Assembly (NCBI GenBank): GCA_965287045.1
Contig: OZ336874.1
Location: forward strand, 49,600,001 to 49,664,000
Reading direction: 5' to 3'
From: Carcharhinus amblyrhynchos
Lineage: Eukaryota
Length of the DNA stretch: 64,000 nucleotides
The position numbers and the translations under genes were made by a program. Within the stretch, counting starts at the first letter, position 1; each line of letters starts with the position of its first letter. Of this stretch, positions 1 to 10,830 are shown piece after piece. The notes beneath the pieces are model-generated. The model made no database searches. It saw only the letters and a list, made by a program, of their open reading frames with translations, and was not told the origin of the DNA.

Positions 1-9
1 CTGATTAAA

Positions 10-260
10 GTTTTTTTTGTGTCACAGATAGGCTTACATTAACACTGCAATGAAGTCACTGTGAAAATCCCCTAGCTGTCACATTCTGGCATCTTTTTGG
101 GTACATTGAGGGAGAATTTAGTATGGTCAATGCACCTAACCAGCACGTCTCTCAAACTGGGGAAGGAAACCCATGCATACAGGGGGAGAAAGCTGGGAAT
201 TAAACTCGGGTCCCTGGCACTGTGAGACAACTAATGAGTGCTAATCACTGTGCCACAGTG
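10..260 (-). mobile_element. HE1/V-SINE-like tRNA-derived SINE, tail type ...gcctacttgtgaca
   Basis: The reverse complement reads cactgtggcacagtgattagcac...cacagtgccagggacccgagtttaattcccagc...ctggttaggtgcattgacc. It matches the copies at 16474 and 52418. Confidence 0.8.
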
Positions 261-299
261 TCTTTCAGTTTCTGGGTTTAATAGCAGCAAAGGTAAATA

Positions 300-1900
300 A
301 TTGACCATTTTTGTGTGTAAATTAAACTCTTAAGCCAGTGATGTGACCTACAAAGTAATGGAACTAGATAAACTGCACACTTCTCTCATCCCAGTCATAA
401 AACCTGTTCATAACAGATTCAAAAGGAGATATAGTTACACAGTGGATCAGAAGAATCAAAAATCACAAGAATAAACGGTCGATCAGAAATAGGAAAGATC
501 AAACAGGGGAGGCATACTAAGGTGAGTTTAGAGTACATGTGCATAAATCCTTGGACTGTGGTAAATAAGGTTAATAAGTTTTGACACAAGTCGTTACCTA
601 AGACTATGATGATACTGTAGATCTGATCCAAACACAGGGAAAGCAAGGAATTTGACATTCCTAAAATTAGCAATGTACTACAATGTATTCAGAAAAGATA
701 GTGAAGGAGGACATGATAGTATTAGAAATGAATAATGCGTTTGAGCATTTCAATCTATTTATTTAGAATTGTGGTAAATAGAGAGGCAAGTAAAAAGTGG
801 GAAGGAGGAAAGCATCAATATTAGAGGGAAATTGGTGAATGATGCAAAAACTTCAGTGATAATGGAGACTTAAATTATCCTAATATAGAATGGAATAGTG
901 ACGAAGTAAAGAACAAAAGGGGAAGAATTCCTTCAAAAATTCACCAGAGAATTTTCTTAATATCTTCCCAAACCAATCAGGAAGGAAGCATTTAGGTCTG
1001 AGAAAGAAGTGGAAAATTGTCTATTACTGTGGGAGAACATTGGAAAATAGTGCTCACAACTTTATTTGGTTTAGAGTAGTAAGAACAAGCAACAAAGGTG
1101 AAAATATGCATCTGCATATTTCAGTGAACTGAAAAGGGATCTGCCCCAGGTGGATTGGAATCAAATTGGCAAGTGAAACAGTAAATGAGCAATGGAAGAT
1201 CTTCAGAGAGGAGATGGTGTGGGTAGACTTGACACATTTACACAAGCAGGAAAGGAAGGGCATCCAGAGCTAAACATACAGAGATTAAAATGGAGCAGTG
1301 AAAGGAGGTTTATGATGAATGACAAGTTTATAATTCAGTACAGTATCCAAGCTGAATACAAAATGTAGAAGGGAGAATGGAAGGAAGAAATAAGGGACAA
1401 AGAGATAGTATTCAAATAGTTTATTGGGTAACATAAAAGGGAATTCAAAAGCATTTTATAAACAGAAAAATAGTAAAAGTATAGTGAATGGAAATTTGGC
1501 ATATATTAGGGATCAAATGATTCTTATGGAGGTAAAAGGCATGGCTGACTAAATGAGTACTTTTTATCTGCCATTAGAGGAGGATGCTCCCAATGTCACA
1601 ACAAAGGGATAATACAAAAACTGAATCAGATAAAATGGAAAAAGATGAAATACTTAAAATGATGGCAGCCCTCAAAGTAGAAAATCATCTGGACTGGATG
1701 GGATGCATTCTAGGTTGTGAGGGAAGCAAATGCGGAAATTGTAAAGTGGGATCTGACTAAAATATTCCAACTTTCTATAGATGCCGTGCAAGAGATCTGA
1801 AAAATAGCAAATGCTACAACGCTATTAAAAATGGTGAAAGGGATCAAATTGGCAACAACGAGCCAGTCAGATTGGGGAAATCTTTAATTGATTCTAAGAT
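300..1900 (+). mobile_element. Old, heavily decayed CR1 LINE (end of ORF1, APE endonuclease, pre-RT region)
   Basis: Purine-rich plus strand. The remnants (ggagacttaaattatcctaatatagaatgg = GDLNYPNIEW; ctaaatgagtacttt; ggactggatgggatgcattctagg) are colinear with the better copy at 33826-35893. Many stops and frameshifts. Confidence 0.7.
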
Positions 1901-1924
1901 ATAGAGGTCGTAGGCAACTCCAGC

Positions 1925-2960
1925 ATTTCTTTTTATTCATAATTGCCCTTGAGAAGATGATGCTGAGCTGCCTTCTTGAACTGCTTTAGGAAAAGTAGCC
2001 CTATGGTGCTGTTAGGTAGTGAGTTTGAGAATTTTGACTCAGCAATGATGAAGGACTGGCTATTGCTTTATTTTCAAATCAGGGTGATGTGTTGAAGGTG
2101 ATAATTCTCCTGTGCACCTGCTGCCATTAACCACCTTTGAGGTCATGAGTTTGGAAGATGTTGTCACAGAAAGCTTGGTAAATTGCTACAGTGTATCTTG
2201 CCAATGCTACACACTGTGCCGTTGATGGAGGGACTTAGTGTTTAATATGATGGATGGGTGCTAACTGAGCAGGCTGGTTTACCCTGAATGGTGTCAAACT
2301 TCTTCAGTGTTATTATATAGACAATCATCCAGGCAGATTGAGAGTATTCTATCACACTCTTGCTTTGCCTGTTGCATGGTGAGCCACTGGCCAGAGAATT
2401 CCTAGCCCCTGACACTCTTGTAGCCACAGTATTTGTGTGGCTGTTCCAGTTAAGTTTCTAACATCTAAGATTGTTGACAGTGAAGATGGCAAAGCTACTT
2501 ATAGTTAATGGGAGATGGTTTTGTTGAAGATGGTCATTGTTTGGCAGACGTATCACACAAATGTTACTTGTCAATAATCAACAAAGTCTGAATGTTGTCC
2601 AGGTCTTCTTCATGCAGGTATGGTCTGCTTCGTTATCTAAGGAATTGCAAATTGAATTGGATACTACAAACATTCTTATTTCTGAACTTATGTCAGAGGG
2701 GAAGCAGCTGAGGACAGTTTGGACTATGATGTTACTCTGTGGAATTCCACCAATTGTATCCTGGGGCTCAACCAGGTCTCAGCCTTTTGGCTGTACAAAT
2801 TTGTATCTATTTTTATCCGATCAAGCCCAAGATCAGGTGCAATGCCTTTTTGTGTCAGCTTGGATTTTATATGTCTCTCCTGTGAAGATCATGACAAGGA
2901 TTCCATTTGTATAGATTTTTGGAGCAGGCAAGGACATGGATTAAGGATTTGCCCTGTCCA
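1925..2960 (-). mobile_element. Decayed CR1-superfamily LINE, 3' part (same family as 54845-57480 and 63745-64000)
   Basis: The tail aattgcccttgagaagatgatgctgagctgccttcttgaac and the following body align by eye with 54900-55900 and 63810-63900. Confidence 0.7.
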
Positions 2961-3297
2961 CTCTGTGCATTGGCTTTGTAATTTAAGAATGGATTCTTGA
3001 ACAGGTAAACACTTCCATCTGCCAGTCCTCTACTCCACGCTGCCCTCAGCATTCTCCTGCACCTCACTCCTCAGAGCAACACACCTTGTAGCTACACTCG
3101 TTCCAAGCACCCCCAAATGAACAGTCAACATTCACACTCAATCTTACTGCCTTCTCACAACCACATCTCTTCCCAAATGGTGTACTTTCTCCTATATATA
3201 CAAGCCCATTTCTAATCCTAATAATGCACTTAGCAGAAGAGAATGTACCACTTTGGGGAAAGATAATGACCTGGGGAGGCCCTCCAGTAACAGGCAA

Positions 3298-3725
3298 CTT
3301 TTGATTTGATTTATATTGTCACATGTATTGGAATAGTGAAAAGTATTGTTTCTTGCATGCTATACAGACAAAGCATACATTCATAGAGTACATAGAGGAG
3401 GAGAGAGTGCAGAATGTAGTGTTACAGCCATAACTAGGGTTTAGAGAGAGATCAACTTGAGAAAAGGTAGGTCTATTCAAAAGTCTGAAACCAAAAGAGA
3501 AAATGCTGGACAGTCTCAGATAACAAAGCTTTGGCAAAGGGTCATCTGGACTCAAAACGTCAGCTCTTTTCTCTTACAGATGCTGCGAGACCTGTTGCGA
3601 TTTTCCAGCATTTTCTCTTTTGGTTTCAGATTTCAGCATCTGCAATAATGTGCTTTTATCCTTTCAAAAATCTGATGGCAGCATGAAAGAAGCTGTTCTT
3701 GAGTCAGTTGGTATGTTTGGAAATG
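3298..3725 (-). mobile_element. Rex1/Babar LINE 3' end, interrupted by a Penelope-like terminus
   Basis: The (tttga)n tail and body are nearly the same as 28310-28540. The element resumes at 3663 after the insertion. Confidence 0.75.
3484..3662 (+). mobile_element. Penelope-like element terminus with inverted end and decayed hammerhead core
   Basis: Perfect 27-bp inverted repeat (3484-3510 vs 3604-3630). TSD-like ttcaaaa(g/a)tctga at 3476-3488 and 3663-3675. Degenerate core ttggcaaagggtcatctggactcaaaacgtcagc. Confidence 0.65.
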
Positions 3726-3786
3726 TTAGATCGGTAACAAGTGCAAGAAATGTAGCAAGTGTGGAGTGTTCCTCCATTGAAATAAG

Positions 3787-4487
3787 TTTATTCATTAGTG
3801 GCACAAGTACAGCAATTAAGTTACTGAGAAAATCCCCTAGTTGCCAGCTCCTGCACCGGGGCAGTCCACCCTGACTGTCTGCCCCTCTACTGTGGCTATG
3901 TTTGCGGTCAGGTGTCCCTAGAGAGGGAGCATGCATGTCTGTGGGTGCAGTTGACGCCTTTTGTGTTTGTTGGGCACCGCAGGGGATGGGGTGCATTATA
4001 GACCCCGATAATCACATTTTGATTTGACGTGCCTTAAGTTTCCTTTGTACCTTTTGTTTCTGTTCGGGCCGTGCTGCCCCCTTTTTCTTTGTCCAAACGT
4101 AATTTAAGTTTGTTTACTTGGTTTGACCCGAAAGATCAGGGGGTGCATTATTGACCTGAATAATCACGTTTTAATTTGATGTTTCTTAAATTTCCTTTGT
4201 ACTTTGTTTTTGTTTGGGCTGTTTCCCCTTCCTTTTGGGGAGCTGCCCCTTTTACTTTGGCCTAACTCAACTTGAGTTTGTTTATTTGGTTTGACCTTAA
4301 AAGAGGGCCAGCTCCTGAGCCTAGTGGGGTACACTGAGGAATAATTTAGCAGAGCCGATGCACCTAACCAGCACGTTTTTCAGATTGCGGGAGGAAACCG
4401 GAGCATCTGGAGAAAACAGGGGACGGTGAGCCAAGCCGGGAATCGATTCCGGCTCCCTGGCGCTGTGAGGCAGCAGTGCTAACCACT
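3787..4487 (-). mobile_element. HE1/V-SINE-like SINE split by a Tx1 insertion
   Basis: Tail at 3787-3853, body and tRNA-like head at 4307-4487 (ccctggcgctgtgaggcagcagtgctaaccac). Confidence 0.75.
3854..4306 (+). mobile_element. 5'-truncated L1/Tx1-like LINE (ORF2 C-terminus plus tandemly duplicated 3' UTR)
   Basis: Translation ...VSLEREHACL / AVDAFCVCWAPQGMGCIIDPDNHILI* resembles a Tx1 ORF2 end. A ~150-bp unit occurs twice (about 3988-4139 and 4140-4297). The element is flanked by an 11-bp TSD, gccagctcctg, at 3843-3853 and 4307-4317. Confidence 0.65.
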
Positions 4488-4603
4488 CTTTATTAATGTG
4501 TGAAGGTGGTTTGACCATGAGCTGGAGCCTGTGAGCTCTCACTGAGTGAGATGAGGCCACAGTGGGGCAGGGATGGAGCTGCCTCTCCACCACATCAGCA
4601 GGT

Positions 4604-4825
4604 GTGTGCCTCGCTTTTCCAGCATCCGGCCTCGGTATTTGAACGGTAAAGAGCGGCAGTCTAACAGCCCCCGGGGAGAGTGGGTTGAAGTGTTTGGGGT
4701 TGGGGCTTCACTCTGAAGCCAATGAGATGTGTGCGGCGGTGGCTGCCCCCGGGGCAGAGGCGGAGCTGACAGAGCCGGCGGCCACTACAAAGGGCCGGGG
4801 CCCCGGGGGGCCGCGGGCTCTGGCC
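4604..4825 (+). promoter_or_regulatory. CpG-island 5' region of the NFIL3-like gene (CCAAT, GC-box, TATA-like, or a splice acceptor into the coding exon)
   Basis: CCAAT at 4719-4723, GAGGCGGAG at 4757-4765, TACAAA at 4786-4791. A pyrimidine-rich acceptor ctcgcttttccag ends at 4622. CpG density is high from ~4620 to 5640. Confidence 0.45.
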
Positions 4826-5284
4826 ATGGCCACGGCTTTGAGTGTCTCTCCGTGCCTGCCGGTGCGAGGCTCCGAGCGGCTGCTGGAGGCTCCCGTCCCC
4901 CGGCGGAGCCGCGAGTTCACCCCGGACGAGCTGAAGGACTCGCTCTACTGGGAGCGGCGGCGCCGCAACAACGAGGCGGCGCGGAGGTCCCGCCAGAAGC
5001 GGCGCTTCCGGGAGCTGGTGCTGGAGCGGCGGCTGCTGGAGCTGCTGGAGGAGAACTGCCGCCTCCGGGCTCACCTGCTGGCGCTGCACCTCCCGGACTG
5101 CCCGCCCCCGCCGCCAGCTGCCCGGCCCAGCCCTCCCCACAGCCGGCCAGACAAGCAGGCCGGCCCCGCTCTGCCCAGCGGCCCCGGGGAACCGGCCTGG
5201 ATCCGCAGCTTACCCCACAAACTGCGCCTGAAAATCTCCTCCGGCTGCCCGCGGGGCTCTCACTCCAGCCCCGAGCATCCCTGA
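4727..5284 (+). CDS. NFIL3-like: NFIL3/E4BP4-family (PAR-related) bZIP transcription factor, short form. It is 185 aa from ATG 4727 or 152 aa from the Kozak-perfect ATG 4826.
   Basis: [62 protein letters not shown] (from 4901) matches the NFIL3 extended basic region and zipper ([35 protein letters not shown]). The C-terminal LPHKLRLK (5210-5233) matches the NFIL3 LPHKLR repression motif. The CDS is intronless. Orthology (NFIL3 vs NFILZ or fish nfil3 paralogues) is not resolved. Confidence 0.92.
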   Translation: MCAAVAAPGAEAELTEPAATTKGRGPGGPRALAMATALSVSPCLPVRGSERLLEAPVPRRSREFTPDELKDSLYWERRRRNNEAARRSRQKRRFRELVLERRLLELLEENCRLRAHLLALHLPDCPPPPPAARPSPPHSRPDKQAGPALPSGPGEPAWIRSLPHKLRLKISSGCPRGSHSSPEHP

Positions 5285-5304
5285 GCCCAGCCCCGGGGAG
5301 AGAG

Positions 5305-5572
5305 GAAGCTGCTGCCCCGGGGTGAATCCGCCCGCAAGGACCTGCTGCTGCCCCGGGGTGAATCTCCAACTCCACCCGCCAGAAGCTGCTGCTGCTGTTC
5401 CGGGGTAAATCTGCCCATTCCACCCGCAAGGAGCTGCTGCCGACCCGGGGTAAATCTCCAACTTCACCCGCCAGGAACTGCTGCTGCCTGGGGTAAATCT
5501 GCCAACTCCGCCCGCTAGTAGCTGCTGCTGCCCTGGGGTCAATCTCCATCTCCACCCGCGAGGAGCTGCTCT
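5305..5572. repeat. GC-rich minisatellite, ~41-46-bp unit, 6-7 degenerate copies
   Basis: Consensus approximately gctgctgctgccccggggt(a/g)aatctccaactccacccgccagga. The array starts ~20 nt after the stop codon. Confidence 0.85.
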
Positions 5573-6296
5573 CTGCTGTGAAGTGGAGCTGCAATCTTTG
5601 TACAATGTACACCTCGCCGTGACTTCGCTGACTCGCTGATTTTTAAATGTGTGCCTTTGTTTTTGCTGAATTTGTGTTTTTTTGTACATTTCTGTCCACC
5701 TGGTCATGTTTCGCTCAGCAGATTGACATCTATTTTGTTGGGTTTGTTTTAGTGTTTACACAAATTTCAGCCCAGGATTGTTTGGTGCAGAGATGATTTT
5801 GACTGTTGTTTCATTGAAGTGTTAAAAGATGAACGTGCAGTTCATTCAGCACAGAACGCTCTACGTTGGAACCAGCATGGAAGTTTAAACAATTCTGGAA
5901 AAAGATTATTTATACAATTGTGTTATATGTGGGACAAATATGTTCTAGTGAACAGTTTTTTTAAAAAAAATACAGGAGGCTGTGCCTTCTTTTCAGGCAA
6001 ATGTTAACGAGATTTGCAGAAAGCAATCTACGTGTGCATCTTCTTTCTGTTAATAATTGCGGGTATATTTTACTGAATAACTAATCTCTGTGATAAATCC
6101 TGTCATACACAACTGAGCTAGACAATTTGCAGCCGAACAAAAACCGTAATTTAAAAACCCTAGGAGTGGATTTTTGGAGGATGGTGAGATCTCTTACACA
6201 TCTCAAATCCAGTTAACTAGATCAGCAGGCTTACTAGGGACTGTCTGCCGTATCAGGATACTTTGAGGATACTCAACCAGCCACCTTTTTCCCTCC

Positions 6297-6432
6297 TAGA
6301 GTCATAGAGATACACAGCAGGGAATCTGGCCGTTCGGCCCAACTCGCCCATGCCGACCAGGTCTCCTAAAATGAACTAGTCCCATTTGCCTGCATTTGAC
6401 CCATATCCCGTTAAATTTATCCATGTACCTGT
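6297..6432 (-). mobile_element. CR1 LINE 3' tail fragment
   Basis: tagagtcatagag microsatellite end, ggccgttcggccc hairpin and cccatttgcctgcatttgacccatatcc. It is the complement of the tail type at 35770-35893. Confidence 0.7.
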
Positions 6433-8090
6433 CATCCTTGCTCAGTAACAGTGAGGAGAATATTAACCCCGTCCCCGTTTGATCGATCAAACTGCAAAGC
6501 AGCACCTGAATTTGGAAACTTTCTGCTTTTAGAAGGTCCTCCAAAGAAATGTGTTCTTCCCAATGAGCGAGGTGTGCCTTAGCGCGCAGCCTACATTTCC
6601 CAGGTACTGGAATAAAGGCCAGTCAGAGCTGGACGTTGTCGCTTATTGTGATGTCCTGACTTAAAACAAATTTTTAAAGAAATCATTTGTGGGAGAGAGA
6701 AAATCTGGTGTGATTTCAACAAATGTGATAGGAAATGATGGTGGTAAATAAAGCCAATACCTTATTTATGATAGTGAACAATTTAACAGCAGTGTTCAGT
6801 GCCGTGATTTTCCAAAATTGTTCTTGAGCAGGTTTTTTTTTGAAACTATGTGTTATTTGATAGCTTGGACCCAATGTGACCGAAAATCAAAGGTTTATTG
6901 AGTGAATCTGGTTTTGTGTAAATTGTATGCCATTCGCCCTGGAGGAGAATCGTTGCTGTAGGTGAATCCACTGTCCAGCAATATGAGTTACATCACCTCT
7001 CTTTTCCCTGAGATACACATCATGTTGTCAACTTCAAAAATTACTGGAATGAAACTGAATGCAGCTGATCTGGAATTCTTTTATCACTGCGAGAAGGAAA
7101 GTGTTTGTCTTGATTTTAATATTTTGCGTGACGTAAAGCTCATGGACTGCCACCGTAAATGTAAATGTGCAAAGTTATGCTGAAAATGTAATGGAAAGCA
7201 ACACTTATTTTGTAGAGGTTTCTGTATGCTATTCTCCCTTACTTCAGCGTTGCTTTGCAGAGGAAAGACGGATATTATGATGCAATGATATTTGCAATTA
7301 AAATGTTGTCAGGAAATATTGCTGTATTCTGATAGGAGCATTTCAATAAAGCGAATAGGAAGATTGCAAAAGCTGTAGCGATTTCTCAATTCAACGCTTG
7401 CACCCTAGATAATGAACAACTCTTTTTGCACCGTCCACAAACTGCAGCTTCATATAATATAGACCTTCCATTTGTCATTCAATTAAATGATAAAAAGACA
7501 TCACAATGAACTCACCATTTAAAATACTAAATTAAAATTTACTCAACAGCTTGATTTTTAAAAATCTGATTTTTAGCTATTACGATATTAGAACACTGCT
7601 AAACAATGAACCTTTGAAGCGTCTTAAGATGTTTCATGATGTCAAAATGGTTATTTCCCGAATTCTGGACATTGTTGATGGTTAACAGGACAGTGGGAAC
7701 TAAAGTCACTGGGAGTCGTGATTTTCCTATTTAATTCCCGATAAAACTGAGGGGTTTCCCCTGATAGGATGGTGTATACTGTGTTGATACAGTATCTGAC
7801 GGTTAAATTCTAGTTGTACTCCAAGAATTCCTAAAATCTTATGAACCCATGTTTCAGCTCTTCGGAATCTTGGGCTATATAAATAACACACAGAGGAAAC
7901 GAGTGATAGCATATCAGCTGAAGTAACAAAACTGCCCAGAAAGCAATTTAGAGATCGCACTATATTCGGGCAATCGTAGTTTGAATAAAACTGATCTGTA
8001 ACTGAAGCCGAGTGTATAAAGAAATATTTAATTTTATTTTCAAGAAATGAGGCAAGTTCGGAATTGCATCAGAAATTGAATTGGTTAACA

Positions 8091-8430
8091 GTGATGTATG
8101 TGGGTATGCCGGCGTTGGACTGTGGTGAGCACAGTAAGAAGTCTCACAACAACAGATTAAATTCCAGCAAATTCATTTGGAATCACGAGCTTTCAGAGCG
8201 CTGCTCCTTCATCAGATGAGTAGAGAGGTAGGTTTCACAAACAGCGCATATATAGATTACAATTGCAAGATAATGGTTGGAATGCAAATTGCATTCCTAC
8301 CATTATCTTACAATTGAGCCTTTGTCTATATATGTGTTTGTGACCTCTTCACTCACCTGATGAAGGAGCAGCGCTTCCAAGTGATTCCAAATAAACCTTT
8401 GGACTTTAACCTGGTGTTGTGAGACTTCTT
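8091..8430. mobile_element. Palindromic Penelope-derived element carrying hammerhead motifs
   Basis: Inverted arms span ~8132-8434, centred on ggaatgcaa-a-ttgcattcc (~8288). 11-bp TSD attggttaaca at 8080-8090 and 8431-8441. Confidence 0.8.
8183..8219 (-). ncRNA. Minimal type I hammerhead ribozyme motif (Penelope type), intact core
   Basis: Minus strand: ucau-CUGAUGA-aggagcagcgcucu-GAAA-gc-UC-guga. Stem I ucau/guga, stem II ggagc/gcucu, and palindromic AGCU in place of stem III. Confidence 0.7.
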
Positions 8431-10559
8431 ATTGGTTAACAAAGGAGAGTGTTTCCATTACAAAAAACCTCTGTGTGACGGGGGAGCTAATTATTATCTT
8501 CTGATGTTAAGGGTGAACCAGCAAACATATAGGCCCTCTAGAACTATAACTAATTTTGCTTATATTAGCCCGCAATTTGCAGGGAGATTGTGTACAGATT
8601 TGCTGACAGTGTTACCTGTATTACCCACATTATATGTGGCGCAAAAATTAACAGCACATCGCTCCTGAGTAGATCCACTTGGATGGGAGTTTATAAAATA
8701 CTTCAAAATGAATAAGGGCCAACAAGCCAATTCTTTCTAAAACGAACAGAACTCTGAAGATCGTTTCGGATAACTTTGCATTAATATTTAAATATATATT
8801 TAGAACAAGAACGTTACAGGTTTCAAATCCAAAGAGCTTGAAGTAACAATCCACACCTCACAAACATAAATATGATTTTATACCAATAGGGTTACATTTT
8901 CAATGTTTCACACTACGGGCAATAAATTTGAGTTTATGTTAGAATTTAAGCCCATCTGCATTGTTAACTTCATACTGAATCATAGAAAAGCTACAGCGCA
9001 GAATGAGACCATTCGGCCCGTCATGTCGGGGCCTACTCTATGGAAAATCAATTCACCTCTCCCCATTGCTCCCGCTGATTCCCTGTAGCCACTCGTTTTA
9101 TTTTTCACCAGGGCAATATCCAATTCTCTTTTGAATTTCTTCGATTGAACGTCACACTTTGAGGTAGTGCTTTACAGACCCTAACACCACATTCCATGGA
9201 AAAAAAATCTGCCTCTTGTCATCGTTTCTTTTGTGTGTGGGGGGGTGGGGGTGGTGCAGGCGTTAAATATCTTAAATCCTACATGATCCAAGCTGGCAAT
9301 AGACGAGCAATTGGTTTGTAGTAGTCGGATGCTGCAGTAAACGCGCCTTTGTGACATTTGCAAATTAGGAATGACATTTGTAGCCTGTACCTTATCTACA
9401 TGATGGTAAGAACTAATCTGAAGCTTTGCCGAAAATCCTCTTTCAATGGACACATAAAACCCAACTTCATTCAATTTGTATTACACAAGGAAGGCATTAA
9501 AGGAAACCATATTAAGTACAAATTAGTGAACATGGGTTATTTCCCAATCAGCGTGATCAATAACAAAAGGAATTAGCGAGTTCCCCATTCTGGTTACTGT
9601 CATTTATTTAACAATGTGGAAGCCAATATTTCTATACAATAACATTCATTTCGATTGAGGATTGGTTAGAAAATGATAGAAAATTAACCCTTCAGTGGCA
9701 ATAATCTGATGCCGTAAAGTTCCAAATGCAAAAGTTACAAACCCAGTTGAATCACTGTCACAGCCTTTACTTAGATCGTGTTCTCATACATTCATAATGC
9801 CATATGTCAGCAACGACCAATATCAAACTTTGCTTTCAAAAACAAAATCATATATTTGGGGACCACAAAGATCTATCCTCAGATGAGATCGGCTTGATAT
9901 CCTAATATTTCTCTCCTGTGGCCTTCTGAAGGACGCATTTATCTGAAAATAATTTATCTGTGGGCATTAGAATACAGGAACCATTCCATCTCCCGTTAAC
10001 ATCAACAGGCAGAAGGAAGTAGAAGGCATCTGTCACTAAGTTAGAATCGTAGAATCCCTCCAGTGCAGAAGGAGGTCATTCAGGTCATCGAGCTGCTAAC
10101 CACAGTGCCATGATGCCAACCTATTTATTGTTAAATAAACTGAGTCAGGAAAAAAAATCTAAGCTCAGTGATAAAAGTTAAATAAATAAAACAGAAAATG
10201 CTGGAAAAACTCAACAGCTCTGATAACATCAATGGAAGGAGAAAGAACTAACGTTTCAAGTCGATCACAGTTTTCACCTTTATAGTCACCCCAGCCTTCG
10301 GTGACATTATCCGATTAGAAGAATAATTTTTCAACATTGGTACTGAATCTGTGCATTATTTGACTTGAATGGCAGTAATCCTTGTAAAATAATCCCTCCT
10401 GTTTAACACCTTTTTGGTAGCATTTTCAAGGCCCCAACAAGATTTTCCTCCTTACGTTTTACCTATCCACGTTTTCTTTTGCTGTTGACCGCAAAACTTT
10501 ATTTCTCATTCAGTTATATTCAAAACGAATAGAAAGTGTAATTCCATGTTTGTGTTTGA

Positions 10560-10830
10560 GTACTGGGAGTACAATGCTCTAATTCCAACTCTATTACCGC
10601 CTGTCCATTTGCTCCCCGTTGGGAGTTTGTATTGGTTAGTTCACCGGAGACAATCCCTGAATTTGCAAGTCCCATGATCCAGCCTCGTTGAAATAAACCT
10701 ACCACAAATCTCGTGACTATGGGTGAGATAAAACTCTGCAATTTCCATTACAACCGGGCATCAGACAAGTTTCAGGATCTGTTTCTTTCGAGCAAAGTTC
10801 ATTAACGATGAGTGTCAGCAGTAATTTCAT
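10560..10830. promoter_or_regulatory. Candidate housekeeping or bidirectional promoter
   Basis: Locally retained CpGs. Reverse CCAAT (attgg 10631-10635). ZNF143/THAP11-like motifs tgcaagtcccatgatcc (10664-10680) and reverse tacaaactccca (10620-10631). Donor-like GG|gtgaga (10723) and CA|gtaatt (10821), followed by T-rich intron-like sequence. Confidence 0.4.

Noticed and set aside
3843-3860. U2 snRNA target site for a Keno-type Tx1
   Set aside because: The flanks are SINE tail sequence and no U2 sequence is recognisable.
4685-4726. ORF-track start at TTG 4685
   Set aside because: A non-AUG start is an artefact of the ORF caller in eukaryotic DNA. The first in-frame ATG is 4727.
5305-5572. 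CRISPR-like array
   Set aside because: The units are contiguous degenerate repeats without unique spacers. There are no cas genes and the context is vertebrate.
4661-5707. Long overlapping ORFs in other frames and strands (159, 198, 231, 165 aa)
   Set aside because: These are shadow ORFs expected in very GC-rich and tandem-repeat DNA. They translate as low-complexity G/A/P/R with no motifs.
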